Source: Verrucomicrobiia bacterium (lineage in GTDB: Bacteria > Verrucomicrobiota > Verrucomicrobiia > Limisphaerales > UBA1319). From it: a DNA stretch of 64,000 nucleotides. Each line of letters opens with the position of its first letter. Within the stretch, counting starts at the first letter, position 1. The stretch covers positions 5,024,001-5,088,000 of the forward strand of contig OY760937.1 of assembly GCA_963664225.1 (NCBI GenBank), written 5' to 3'. The notes beneath the pieces were generated by a model that was given only the letters and a program-made list of their open reading frames with translations, was not told the DNA's origin and searched no databases. The position numbers were made by a program, and so were the translations under genes. This document shows, piece after piece, positions 1-7,655 of the stretch.

Positions 1-426
1 CGGAGGGCCATGGTGGTCAGCGGACAAGCGGGCGAAGGTTTCATGGATGAAATGTCGCCATTTGGGGAAAACACGATGGCGGAGTTTTATCAGGAACGGG
101 GATTCAATGTGACAACCAACCGTTTTGACCATTTATGCAGCCAGCCCATCTCCATTAGCGATTTGGCGGGTGGCAATCGCGAGACGAATGCCGAAATTGT
201 CCGGCGGGTGTTGGGGGGGCAGGATCGTGGGCCGAAACGCGAGGCCGTGCTGCTGAATGCCGGCGCCGCATTGTTTGTGGCGGGGAAAGCGCGTTCGATC
301 TCGGAAGGTTGGACGCTTGCCGCAGAGTTGATCGATACCGGTCGGGCGGTGGCCAAATTGAACGAATTGATTGCGGCTTCAGCGGCTTTTGTTGCGGCCC
401 AATCGACGACGGATTCGACGCGGTAA
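1..426 (+). CDS. trpD: Anthranilate phosphoribosyltransferase, C-terminal part (truncated by window edge)
   Basis: Motifs MVVSG..DEMSP, DLAGG..ETNA, AVLLNAGAALFVAG, EGWTLAAELIDTGRA match the TrpD C-terminal domain. Confidence 0.9.
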   Translation, partial: RRAMVVSGQAGEGFMDEMSPFGENTMAEFYQERGFNVTTNRFDHLCSQPISISDLAGGNRETNAEIVRRVLGGQDRGPKREAVLLNAGAALFVAGKARSISEGWTLAAELIDTGRAVAKLNELIAASAAFVAAQSTTDSTR

Positions 427-440
427 GGAGTGCAGGCCCG

Positions 441-980
441 TTATTTGTCGATTGCCACGAATTCGCGTTCCTCATCGCGGACCACCAGGACTGGACATGA
501 TGCATGGCGGACGACACGTTCGACCGTGCTGCCCAGAATGACATGCGCGAGGCTCGAGTGGCCATGAGTGGCGATGACGATGAGATCGGTTGCTTCTTCC
601 TTTGCCGTTTCGATGATTTCAATACTGGGATGACCAGAGGCAATGATCATTTTGGTTTCCAAGCGCGAATCCACCAGTTTTTCTGAAAGCGACTCGAGTT
701 GTTTGCGCCCGTTCTCCCGCATGTCGGATTCGATTTGAGAGAGTTCCACGGCGCCAAATTCTGAGCCGACAAACGAAAACTCGACAACGTGAACCAGAAT
801 CAGCGTGGCTTGAAACTGAACGGCCAGGGCGGATGCATACTGTAATGCTTTAACGGATGATTTGGAGAAATCGATCGGCGAGAGGATCTTCTTCATGCAA
901 ACCGTCTGGCGGCTTTCCGGTGGCCGCAGCCCGCCTGAGCTGTCCTGAGCCGGGTTAGGATTGTGAGAGTCCGGGTTCAT
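441..980 (-). CDS. Universal stress protein (UspA family); alternative start at 896 (MKKIL)
   Basis: KKILSPIDFS, ILVHVV, DLIVIATHG..ILGSTVERVVRHASCPVLVVR are USP signature motifs. Confidence 0.92.
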   Translation of the reverse strand: MNPDSHNPNPAQDSSGGLRPPESRQTVCMKKILSPIDFSKSSVKALQYASALAVQFQATLILVHVVEFSFVGSEFGAVELSQIESDMRENGRKQLESLSEKLVDSRLETKMIIASGHPSIEIIETAKEEATDLIVIATHGHSSLAHVILGSTVERVVRHASCPVLVVRDEEREFVAIDK

Positions 981-1177
981 AAGCGATTCCCTTCCGCAAA
1001 CCCACTGTGGGGTTTGCATTGATCTTAATTATATTTTAGACCGGATTTCCATGAATTCCAGTAAATGTTGCCCAATTTTGAGAATGCAAATAATGGTTGG
1101 CGGATGCCGAAGGGGAGTTTGACATTTGATAAAACTCACCGAGGGAAAGGGTGAATTCAAAACTTCGATGGACTTAA

Positions 1178-1223
1178 GACAAAATTCTTCGGCAGGAAAG
1201 CAAGGACTATAAAAGGATCCCCT
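1178..1223 (+). repeat. ~46-bp dispersed motif, L-class copy 1
   Basis: GACAAAATTCTTCGG..CAAGGACTATAAAAGGATCCCCT; 32/46 identical to 2999-3044; 27/40 identical to the reverse complement of 1373-1412. Confidence 0.75.
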
Positions 1224-1315
1224 AATACGGCTCCCCACACGTGCCAATTCACGTTTGGGGCGAGGAGGTGGAACGCGCGTTCGGACAATTCGGCTGAGTG
1301 TGGCCGTTCTCCGGA

Positions 1316-1343
1316 CGCCGGGTGGGGGGGGCACCCGGCCTGC
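1316..1343 (-). repeat. REP-like palindrome
   Basis: GCCGGGTG (1317-1324) / CACCCGGC (1332-1339) stem, preceded on the minus strand by GCAG, a variant of the GTAG REP tetranucleotide. Confidence 0.5.
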
Positions 1344-1365
1344 AAGGACAAAGCCCCGGACGCAC

Positions 1366-1412
1366 TTCCATGTCGTTTTAAAGGCTTTTTCCATATCCTG
1401 AAGAATTTTGTC
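1366..1412 (+). repeat. 47-bp dispersed motif, R-class copy 1
   Basis: TTCCATGTCGTTTTAAAG.CTTTTTC......CTGAAGAATTTTGTC; 40/47 identical to 7707-7753. Confidence 0.85.
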
Positions 1413-1464
1413 CTGCACCCAAGCACGCGGGGATCGCAATGGGGAAAAAAGTTCGAGATAATTT

Positions 1465-1506
1465 TTGACGCGGTCTGAAGATTGCGCTAGTGTATTAGTA
1501 CATTAG
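1465..1506 (+). promoter_or_regulatory. Sigma70-type promoter overlapped by a candidate GntR operator
   Basis: TTGACG (1465-1470)-N17-TAGTGT (1488-1493); imperfect palindrome CTAGTGTATTAGTACATTAG (1487-1506, 16/20 symmetric, TGTA-N4-TACA core). Confidence 0.65.
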
Positions 1507-1521
1507 TTTAATAGGTCAATC

Positions 1522-1935
1522 ATGACGATAACCGGCAACAGGTTGGAACAATGGCAGGTCGAGTATCACTCGGGCATCCCGGTTTACAGGCAGATCATCA
1601 ATCATGTCCGCGCGGCGGTGGCGGAGGGGTCGTTCAAGCCGGGAGATCAACTGCCCACCATCCGCGCGCTGAGCGAGCGCCTGAATGTGAATCCGAATAC
1701 GGTGGCGAAGGCTTACCGGGAGCTGGAATTGAAGGGGACGATCGTCAGCGAACGCGGCAGCGGGTCCTTCATCCAGGCCCAGCCGGCCGCGCCCGCGTCC
1801 GCGCCTGCCGCCAATGAAAAGAAGGCCAGGCTCAATAATCTTTACCACCGACTGCTGACAGAAGCGGCGGGCAGCGGTGTGACGGAAAGCGAACTCCTTA
1901 GTTTTATCAAAAAAAGAAATGTCTCAACCCTATGA
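1522..1935 (+). CDS. GntR family transcriptional regulator, YtrA-like subfamily
   Basis: PVYRQI..GDQLPTIRALSERLNVNPNTVAKAYRELELKG..RGSGSFI winged HTH followed by a short helical C-terminus. Confidence 0.93.
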   Translation: MTITGNRLEQWQVEYHSGIPVYRQIINHVRAAVAEGSFKPGDQLPTIRALSERLNVNPNTVAKAYRELELKGTIVSERGSGSFIQAQPAAPASAPAANEKKARLNNLYHRLLTEAAGSGVTESELLSFIKKRNVSTL

Positions 1936-2954
1936 CGACGAAATTCAAGCAGAGCTGGGAGCTGTTCAAGGCCTCCATTAACGTCACCCTTCGGTATCGC
2001 AAACTGCTTTGGTTTCCAGTCCTGACCACGTTTCTGACGGTGTGCATCGGGCTTTTCTTTTTGTCGGCGATGGCGCTCCCAGTGGTGTTGCATGACACCG
2101 GCTACCACCTCAGCCAAAAGCAGCATTGGGTGGCCCTGAAGGATTATTACCTCCCTGCGCCCGCCAATGCGCCCAAACCCCGCGACTCCGCCGTGGTTGC
2201 CTCTCAATCGCTGGGTGTTCTGCTCACCGGGCAACCCGCCGCGGTGGACAATTCTGGAAATCCCGGCGCCGCGCATGGCTTCCCCTGGGGGTCGGTTTGC
2301 ATGCTTGCGATTTATTTTGTGTCGATGTTTCTGGCCACGTTTTTCAATGTCGCTTTTTACAGCGAAATCATCGCAGCGCTCGATGGCCGGGGAGTTTCCT
2401 TCCGGCGCGGTCTCTCAGCGGCATGGAATCGATTGCCCTCCATTCTCACCTGGTCGCTTTTGGCGGGCGTTGTCGGTTGGATCATTCGTTCCATTGAGGA
2501 ACGGCTGCCGCTGGTTGGACGGGTTATAACCGGTTTCATTGGCATAGCCTGGAGCGTTGCAGCGGTGTTTGCGATTCCGGTGATCATCCAGGAGCAATCC
2601 ATGCGCAATCCGATAAAAGTGCTCCAGCAATCCGCAATGACGTTGAAGCGAACGTGGGGTGAGGGATTGATCGGCTACCTCGGATTTTCCGCGGGGAGCC
2701 TGGTGATCTTTGTGGGTTCATTGCTGCCGCTGCTGCTGGCGGGGGTGGCTGCCTACCTTTTAAAGAGTGGATGGCTGATCCTCATCGCCGGAGTGTTGTG
2801 GGTGCTGGGCCTGCTTTTGATGGCATATGTTTCCAGTGTTGCGGGGCACGTTTATCGTTGCGCGCTTTATAAGTATGCCACGGAAGGGGTGGTGCCTGAG
2901 CCCTATAACCGTGATTTGCTGGACATGGCCTGGAAGGTCAAAAAGAGTTCGTAA
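1932..2954 (+). CDS. Multi-pass membrane protein (DUF6159-like), translationally coupled to the GntR gene
   Basis: About 6 hydrophobic segments; motifs KLLWFP, TFFNVA, LKRTWGE, YRCALYKYATEG; ATGA overlap with the GntR stop. Confidence 0.7.
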   Translation: MTTKFKQSWELFKASINVTLRYRKLLWFPVLTTFLTVCIGLFFLSAMALPVVLHDTGYHLSQKQHWVALKDYYLPAPANAPKPRDSAVVASQSLGVLLTGQPAAVDNSGNPGAAHGFPWGSVCMLAIYFVSMFLATFFNVAFYSEIIAALDGRGVSFRRGLSAAWNRLPSILTWSLLAGVVGWIIRSIEERLPLVGRVITGFIGIAWSVAAVFAIPVIIQEQSMRNPIKVLQQSAMTLKRTWGEGLIGYLGFSAGSLVIFVGSLLPLLLAGVAAYLLKSGWLILIAGVLWVLGLLLMAYVSSVAGHVYRCALYKYATEGVVPEPYNRDLLDMAWKVKKSS

Positions 2955-2998
2955 GCAAAGTAAAACCGTTGGAGGGACATGTGCATACACCGGGAGCA

Positions 2999-3044
2999 GG
3001 CAAAAATCTTCGGTCAAAAGCCAACGTCTCTTAATGGAACCCCT
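2999..3044 (+). repeat. ~46-bp dispersed motif, L-class copy 2
   Basis: GGCAAAAATCTTCGG..CAACGTCTCTTAATGGAACCCCT; ungapped 32/46 identity to 1178-1223. Confidence 0.7.
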
Positions 3045-3080
3045 CGCTCTGCGCGCCTCAGCCTCAGGCGAGGTCGCTCC

Positions 3081-3108
3081 TTGCTTTCCAGCGGAGGGCA
3101 CTTATATT
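3081..3108 (+). promoter_or_regulatory. Candidate tmRNA promoter
   Basis: TTGCTT-N16-TATATT ending 15 nt before the mature tmRNA 5' end. Confidence 0.5.
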
Positions 3109-3123
3109 TGGGACGCCGATAGT

Positions 3124-3478
3124 GGGGGCGTACTGGTTTCGACCATGTGAATGCGCCAGAGGCGGCATGCCGAGGACGGTTCGTTGGCCTCGTTAAAAAT
3201 CGAACCAAAAAACAAATGCTAACGAAGAATTAGCTCTCGCGGCTTAAGTGCCGTGGCGTTCATCAGCGGACACCTGCTAAGGTGGTGAGCGAAAACAGCA
3301 GGCGTAGGCGACAAACGGAGTGGGCGCGAATGAAGCCGAAGATTATTACATGCCGACTAGGCGACTGGATTCGAGTCAGAACGTTATCCAGTAACCGAAA
3401 ACTCTCTTCTGACTAAGCATGTAGTCGCGGCTGGTAAATTGACCTGGCACGCGGGTTCAACTCCCGCCGCCTCCACCA
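3124..3478 (+). ncRNA. ssrA: tmRNA (one-piece, 355 nt), tag peptide (A)ANEELALAA
   Basis: 5' GGGGGCG pairs with 3' CGCCTCC-A-CCA including the G3:U wobble; GGTTTCGAC 5' motif; T-arm GCGGGTTCAACTCCCGC; tag reading frame 3218-3247 ends LALAA-stop. Confidence 0.97.
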
Positions 3479-3490
3479 CTTCAACCTATT

Positions 3491-3524
3491 TGTTTGCAAC
3501 CACTTACACGGTTGCAAACATTTT
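3491..3524 (+). terminator. Probable tmRNA terminator
   Basis: Perfect 11-bp stem TGTTTGCAACC / GGTTGCAAACA followed by TTTT. Confidence 0.55.
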
Positions 3525-3794
3525 CAACCTGGGTTTTCAGACAATTTTCAGACAAATCCGACGCAACAGGGCCAGAGAAGGCCGTCCGGAGTTTTAAAAA
3601 CAGGCTCTAAAGCAATTCCCGGCTCCAAAACAGACTCGCGATTCTGTGGATATTCAGATGCCTTCATTCTCGACAAGTCCGCCTAAACGTTTCAATGTCC
3701 AGCTATGAACACGAATCAATACAAGGGCAACCCCTCCGCGTAGGGCGGCGCGTGACCATCATCAACAAAATAACAAACCAATAAACACACAAAT

Positions 3795-5108
3795 ATGAAT
3801 AAGCAGGAACGGGTGTCTGGCGTGGGCAAAGGCGATAAAGCCAATGGCCTGAATCGGCGTCATTTCTTAAAAACCGCCATGCAGGCAAGCGCCCTTTTAA
3901 TGGCGCCTCAAATCGTGCGTGGCGCGGTGTTGGGCCGCGATGGCGGCGTGGCCCCCAGCGAACGGATCGTCCTGGGCGCCATTGGAATCGGCAACCGGGG
4001 CTCCTACGTGTTGGGCTGCTTTTTGCATGAACCAGATGTCCAATTCGTGGCCATTTGCGATGTCAAAGAGGCCCGTCGGCAGGCCGTGAAGAAAATGGCG
4101 GACAACAAATATGGCAATGAGAATTGCGCCATGTATCGCGACTTGCGCGAGGTGCTGGCCCGGCCGGACATTGACGCGTTCCTGATCGCCACCGGACCCA
4201 ATTGGCATGCCACCGCATCGATTCAGGCGGCCAAGGCGGGCAAGGATGTTTACTGCGAAAAACCGTCCACGAAGAACATCGTGCAAAGCCTGGAATTGGC
4301 CGAGGCTTTCCGGCGTTCCGGGGGCGTCTTTCAAGCCGGCACGCAACGGCGCAGCCTGCCCAATTTCATGTTCGCGGTGGATCTGGCCCGCACCGGACGT
4401 TTGGGCAAGCTCAAGACCGTGCATGCCCAAGCCGCCGGCCTGGCGACGCATACCAGCGGTTGGGAACCGGCCGAACCCGAGCCTGACAAAGAGCAGGTTG
4501 ACTGGGATTTGTATCTGGGGCCCGCTGCCTGGCGGCCCTTCAACAAGAAGTTGCTGGATGGGTTTAATTTCGAGAAAGGGGGCGGCATGGTGGGCGGCGG
4601 TTGCCTCGAGTGGGGGTCGCATTGTGTGGATCTCTGCCAATGGGCCGCGGATGCGGATAAAACCGCGCCGGTGGAGTATGAGCCGCGCGATGGGCGCATC
4701 TACGCCCGCTACGCCAGCGGCGTGGAGTTGGTGATTCGCGATGACGGCTGGCTCCCGCTGGGCTCCTGCCCGGTGCGGTTCGAAGGCGAAACGGGCTGGG
4801 TCGAGACGGGGGATAACGCCGAGATTGCCTCGAGTTCACCCGCCTTGTTAGTCGGCAAGGGCGCCAAGATTGGTGGTTATCCGGCGGACTTCCACGTCCG
4901 GGATTTCCTGGATTGCGTGAAGAGCCGGAATGAACCGCGCGCCAGCGCGGCGATCGCCTGCCAGGCCCACATCGCCTGTCATGCGGCGAACATCGCCTTG
5001 TTCCTAGGGCGAAAAGTTCAATACGATCCGGTCAAGAATGTGTTTATCAACGACGACCAGGCCAACCGCCTGCGTTCCGAGGCGCTGCGGGAACCGTGGC
5101 GGATGTAA
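3795..5108 (+). CDS. Tat-exported Gfo/Idh/MocA family oxidoreductase
   Basis: NRRHFLK twin-arginine signal; GAIGIGNRG; DVYCEKP; FQAGTQRRS; DWDLYLGPA; WGSHCVD. Confidence 0.92.
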   Translation: MNKQERVSGVGKGDKANGLNRRHFLKTAMQASALLMAPQIVRGAVLGRDGGVAPSERIVLGAIGIGNRGSYVLGCFLHEPDVQFVAICDVKEARRQAVKKMADNKYGNENCAMYRDLREVLARPDIDAFLIATGPNWHATASIQAAKAGKDVYCEKPSTKNIVQSLELAEAFRRSGGVFQAGTQRRSLPNFMFAVDLARTGRLGKLKTVHAQAAGLATHTSGWEPAEPEPDKEQVDWDLYLGPAAWRPFNKKLLDGFNFEKGGGMVGGGCLEWGSHCVDLCQWAADADKTAPVEYEPRDGRIYARYASGVELVIRDDGWLPLGSCPVRFEGETGWVETGDNAEIASSSPALLVGKGAKIGGYPADFHVRDFLDCVKSRNEPRASAAIACQAHIACHAANIALFLGRKVQYDPVKNVFINDDQANRLRSEALREPWRM

Positions 5109-5154
5109 GCCAATGAACCATCCTGGAAAAACCATTGAACAATTATAAAGATTT

Positions 5155-7134
5155 ATGAAATTACAGTTTCGTTCTTTCACCCGCGCCGCCCTGCTGAGCG
5201 CGTTCATCACCGCTGGCGCCATCACCACAGCCATCGCCGCCTCCGACAGCCCCGAAGTGGTCGCCGAAAAGCAGCGCACGCTGCTGGCAGTGCTCAAGTC
5301 CGACGCTCCGCCCGCAGAGAAAGCCATCACCTGCAAACGTCTGGCAATTTATGGTTCCAAGGAAGCCGTGCCGGCTTTGGCGGCTTTACTGCCCGATAAA
5401 GACTTATCCTCATGGGCGCGCATTGCCCTCGAAGCCATTCCCGGACCGGAAGCCGAAGCCGCGTTGCGTGACGCCATGGAAAAGGTAACCGGACGTCAAT
5501 TGGTGGGTGTGATCAACTCCATTGGTTTCCGCCGCGATGCCCAAGCGGTTGGCGGCCTGGTTCAACGATTGGATGTGGCCGATCCCGATGTGGCCGCCGC
5601 CGCCGCCGCCGCCCTGGGGCGGATTGGAGGCGATGTGGCCTCCAAAGCCCTCGAAGTCCACCTGGCCACCGTGCCCGATGCCGTCCGCGTCGAAGTGGCT
5701 GAAGGATGCGTTCGTTGCGCCGAGAAATATCTGGCGGCGGACCAGCACGCCGAAGCGATCCGATTATACGATGCCGTGCGCCAGTCCAAGGCGCCCCTGG
5801 CGAAGCAGCTCGAAGGGGTGCGCGGGGCGATTCTGGCCCGGCAGACCGCGGGGATCAGCCTGTTGATGGAGCAACTGCAATCACCGGAAAAAGCCAGATT
5901 TGGCATCGGTTTGCGCGTGGCGCGGGAATTGCCCGGACAAGCCGTGACGGAGGCGTTGGCGGCGGGAATTGCGAGCGCCAGCCCGGAACGGCAACCCGCG
6001 ATCATTGCCACCCTGGCAGATCGTCAGGATTCAGCCGTGCTCCCGGCGTTGAGCAAGATCCTCAAGAACAACCCGAATTCGCGGGCGCGACTGGCCGCGA
6101 TTGCCGCGTTGGAACGTTTAAATGCCCCCGGCAGCCTGGCGGTGTTGGTGGAGGCAGCAACCTCTGACAGCCCCGAGCTGGTTCGGCCCGCAAAAGTGGC
6201 CCTCACCCGGTTATCCTACCATGGCGTGGACGCGGAAGTGGTGACCAGTCTGGGGAAAGCCCAGGGCAAAGCACTGGCGGTCCTGATTGAACTGGCGGGA
6301 CAACGGCGCATCGACGACGCCTTCCCGGTCATCGCGCGACTCATGGAGAGTCCGGACGCCGGGATTCGCAGCGCAGCTGTAGGCGCGATCGGCATCATGG
6401 GTAAGGCGAAGGAAGCCGGGGATTTGGTCGCATTACTGCAAAAGACCTCCAATCCGAAAGAACGCGAAGGCATCAAGAAAGCGCTCCTGGCGATCGCGGG
6501 CCGGGTGGATGCCTCCGCCGCCACGCCGGTGCTGCCCCTGATGCAAAGCTCAGATAGCGCGCTGCGCATCATCGGTGTTCATGTGCTGGCCGGCGCCGGC
6601 GGCGCCACGGCCCTGGCCGCGGTGACGCAGGCCACCGAAGACAAGGACGAAACCGTGCAGGACGAAGCCGTGCGCGCCCTGTCCAATTGGTCGAATAATT
6701 GGCCCGAGGATGAAGGCGTGGCCGCGCCGTTGCTGGCGCTGGCAAAATCCAACGGGAAGGAATCCCGCCAGGTGCTTGGATTGCGCGGTTATCTCCAATT
6801 CATTCAGGGCGACAAGAAGTTGAAGGCCGACGACAAAATAGCCAGACTCAAGGAAGTCCAGCCGTTGCTCAACCGGCCCGAGGAAAAACACCTGGCCATC
6901 TCCGTGCTCAGCGGGCTCAACACCGGGAGCGCCCTGGAAATGCTGCGCGCCTTTGCGGCCGATGCCGCCGTGGCGGAGGGAGCCTGCCTGTCGCTGGTTG
7001 ACCTGGCAGCGAAGACCGACTTGGAGGATGCCTCCAAAGAGCTGCGCCAGCAATCCCTGCAAACGGTCATCGACAAGTCGAAAGACGCCAAGACCCAGGA
7101 AAAAGCGCAAGCCGCATTGAAGAAGCTCCTGTAA
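5155..7134 (+). CDS. Secreted HEAT-repeat protein
   Basis: Signal peptide; repeated helical units such as AVPALAALL, AAAAALGRIG, RSAAVGAIG, VQDEAVRALSNW. Confidence 0.85.
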   Translation: MKLQFRSFTRAALLSAFITAGAITTAIAASDSPEVVAEKQRTLLAVLKSDAPPAEKAITCKRLAIYGSKEAVPALAALLPDKDLSSWARIALEAIPGPEAEAALRDAMEKVTGRQLVGVINSIGFRRDAQAVGGLVQRLDVADPDVAAAAAAALGRIGGDVASKALEVHLATVPDAVRVEVAEGCVRCAEKYLAADQHAEAIRLYDAVRQSKAPLAKQLEGVRGAILARQTAGISLLMEQLQSPEKARFGIGLRVARELPGQAVTEALAAGIASASPERQPAIIATLADRQDSAVLPALSKILKNNPNSRARLAAIAALERLNAPGSLAVLVEAATSDSPELVRPAKVALTRLSYHGVDAEVVTSLGKAQGKALAVLIELAGQRRIDDAFPVIARLMESPDAGIRSAAVGAIGIMGKAKEAGDLVALLQKTSNPKEREGIKKALLAIAGRVDASAATPVLPLMQSSDSALRIIGVHVLAGAGGATALAAVTQATEDKDETVQDEAVRALSNWSNNWPEDEGVAAPLLALAKSNGKESRQVLGLRGYLQFIQGDKKLKADDKIARLKEVQPLLNRPEEKHLAISVLSGLNTGSALEMLRAFAADAAVAEGACLSLVDLAAKTDLEDASKELRQQSLQTVIDKSKDAKTQEKAQAALKKLL

Positions 7135-7160
7135 GCGCCGAGGTCGTCGGGTTCTTCGTG

Positions 7161-7240
7161 ATCGGATTGGGTGCCGGGGATTTCGCCCCGGCACCCTGCC
7201 ACACCACCGGATGTGCGGTTTTCTCGCATCCGGCGGTTGA
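7161..7240 (-). mobile_element. Group II intron 3' remnant (class IIC-type domains V and VI)
   Basis: Minus strand reads ACCGCCGGATGCGAGAAAACCGCACATCCGGTGGT (DV: CGC triad, AC bulge), then GGGTGCCGGGGCGAAATCCCCGGCACCC-A-ATCCGAT (DVI with terminal AT); no RT ORF nearby. Confidence 0.88.
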
Positions 7241-7261
7241 AACATGCAGTTGTGCAGACGC

Positions 7262-7320
7262 AACCCGGGGTAGCTCGTTCTTCGCAACCCCGCTCTGAAT
7301 GATTTAATCCCTTCGGGATA
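7262..7320 (+). repeat. REP-like double hairpin
   Basis: CGGGGTAGC..GCAACCCCG (7266-7292) plus ATCCC-TTC-GGGAT (7307-7319). Confidence 0.5.
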
Positions 7321-7447
7321 ATGAGGTGGAAATCCGGCGCCGCAGTGGTTGATTAGACATTAAGCCGCCACCACACCGACCAGACCGGAACAGGACGCGC
7401 CACGATTCGGGATGCGTATCATCCCGCTGGGGGCGGAGAGCAAACCT

Positions 7448-7655
7448 GAGGTCAGAGGTCAGCTTCGTCAAAAAAGCGAAGAGCCAAGGGCGGAGGGCAG
7501 AGAAGAAGAATCTACATGGATAATCAAGATGGACAGGATTTTTGACCACGGATATGACGGATGGCACGGCGGGGGGAAAGGAAATGGATAATTGACATTG
7601 GACATTGGAACAGAAAAAACAGAATTTAACCGCATAGAACGGGTAGAGCACAGAG
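7448..7655 (+). repeat. Mosaic of degenerate 7-mer and 9-mer tandem microrepeats
   Basis: GAGGTCA x2; RGCNRAG x4; 9-mer triplets at 7513-7539, 7545-7569, 7629-7655; CATTGGA-like x4 at 7582-7609. Confidence 0.65.

Noticed and set aside
1173..1222. GGGG...TTAAG on the minus strand resembling a Tn3-family inverted repeat
   Set aside because: The partner R ends do not begin with GGGG, spacing differs from the 38-bp pattern, and L2 lacks the TAAG at that position.
1371..1379. TGTCGTTTT in the R motif resembles the Tn402/Tn5053 terminal repeat start
   Set aside because: Similarity stops after 9 nt, conservation extends 5 nt further out (TTCCA), and there are no tni genes.
1029..1439. Minus-strand ORFs of 136 and 89 aa
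   Set aside because: They run through repeat motifs and hairpins, have non-ATG starts and no protein-like motifs; treated as non-coding.
7448..7655. Possible CRISPR array
   Set aside because: Repeats are 7-9 nt, heterogeneous, have no unique spacers, and no cas genes are present.
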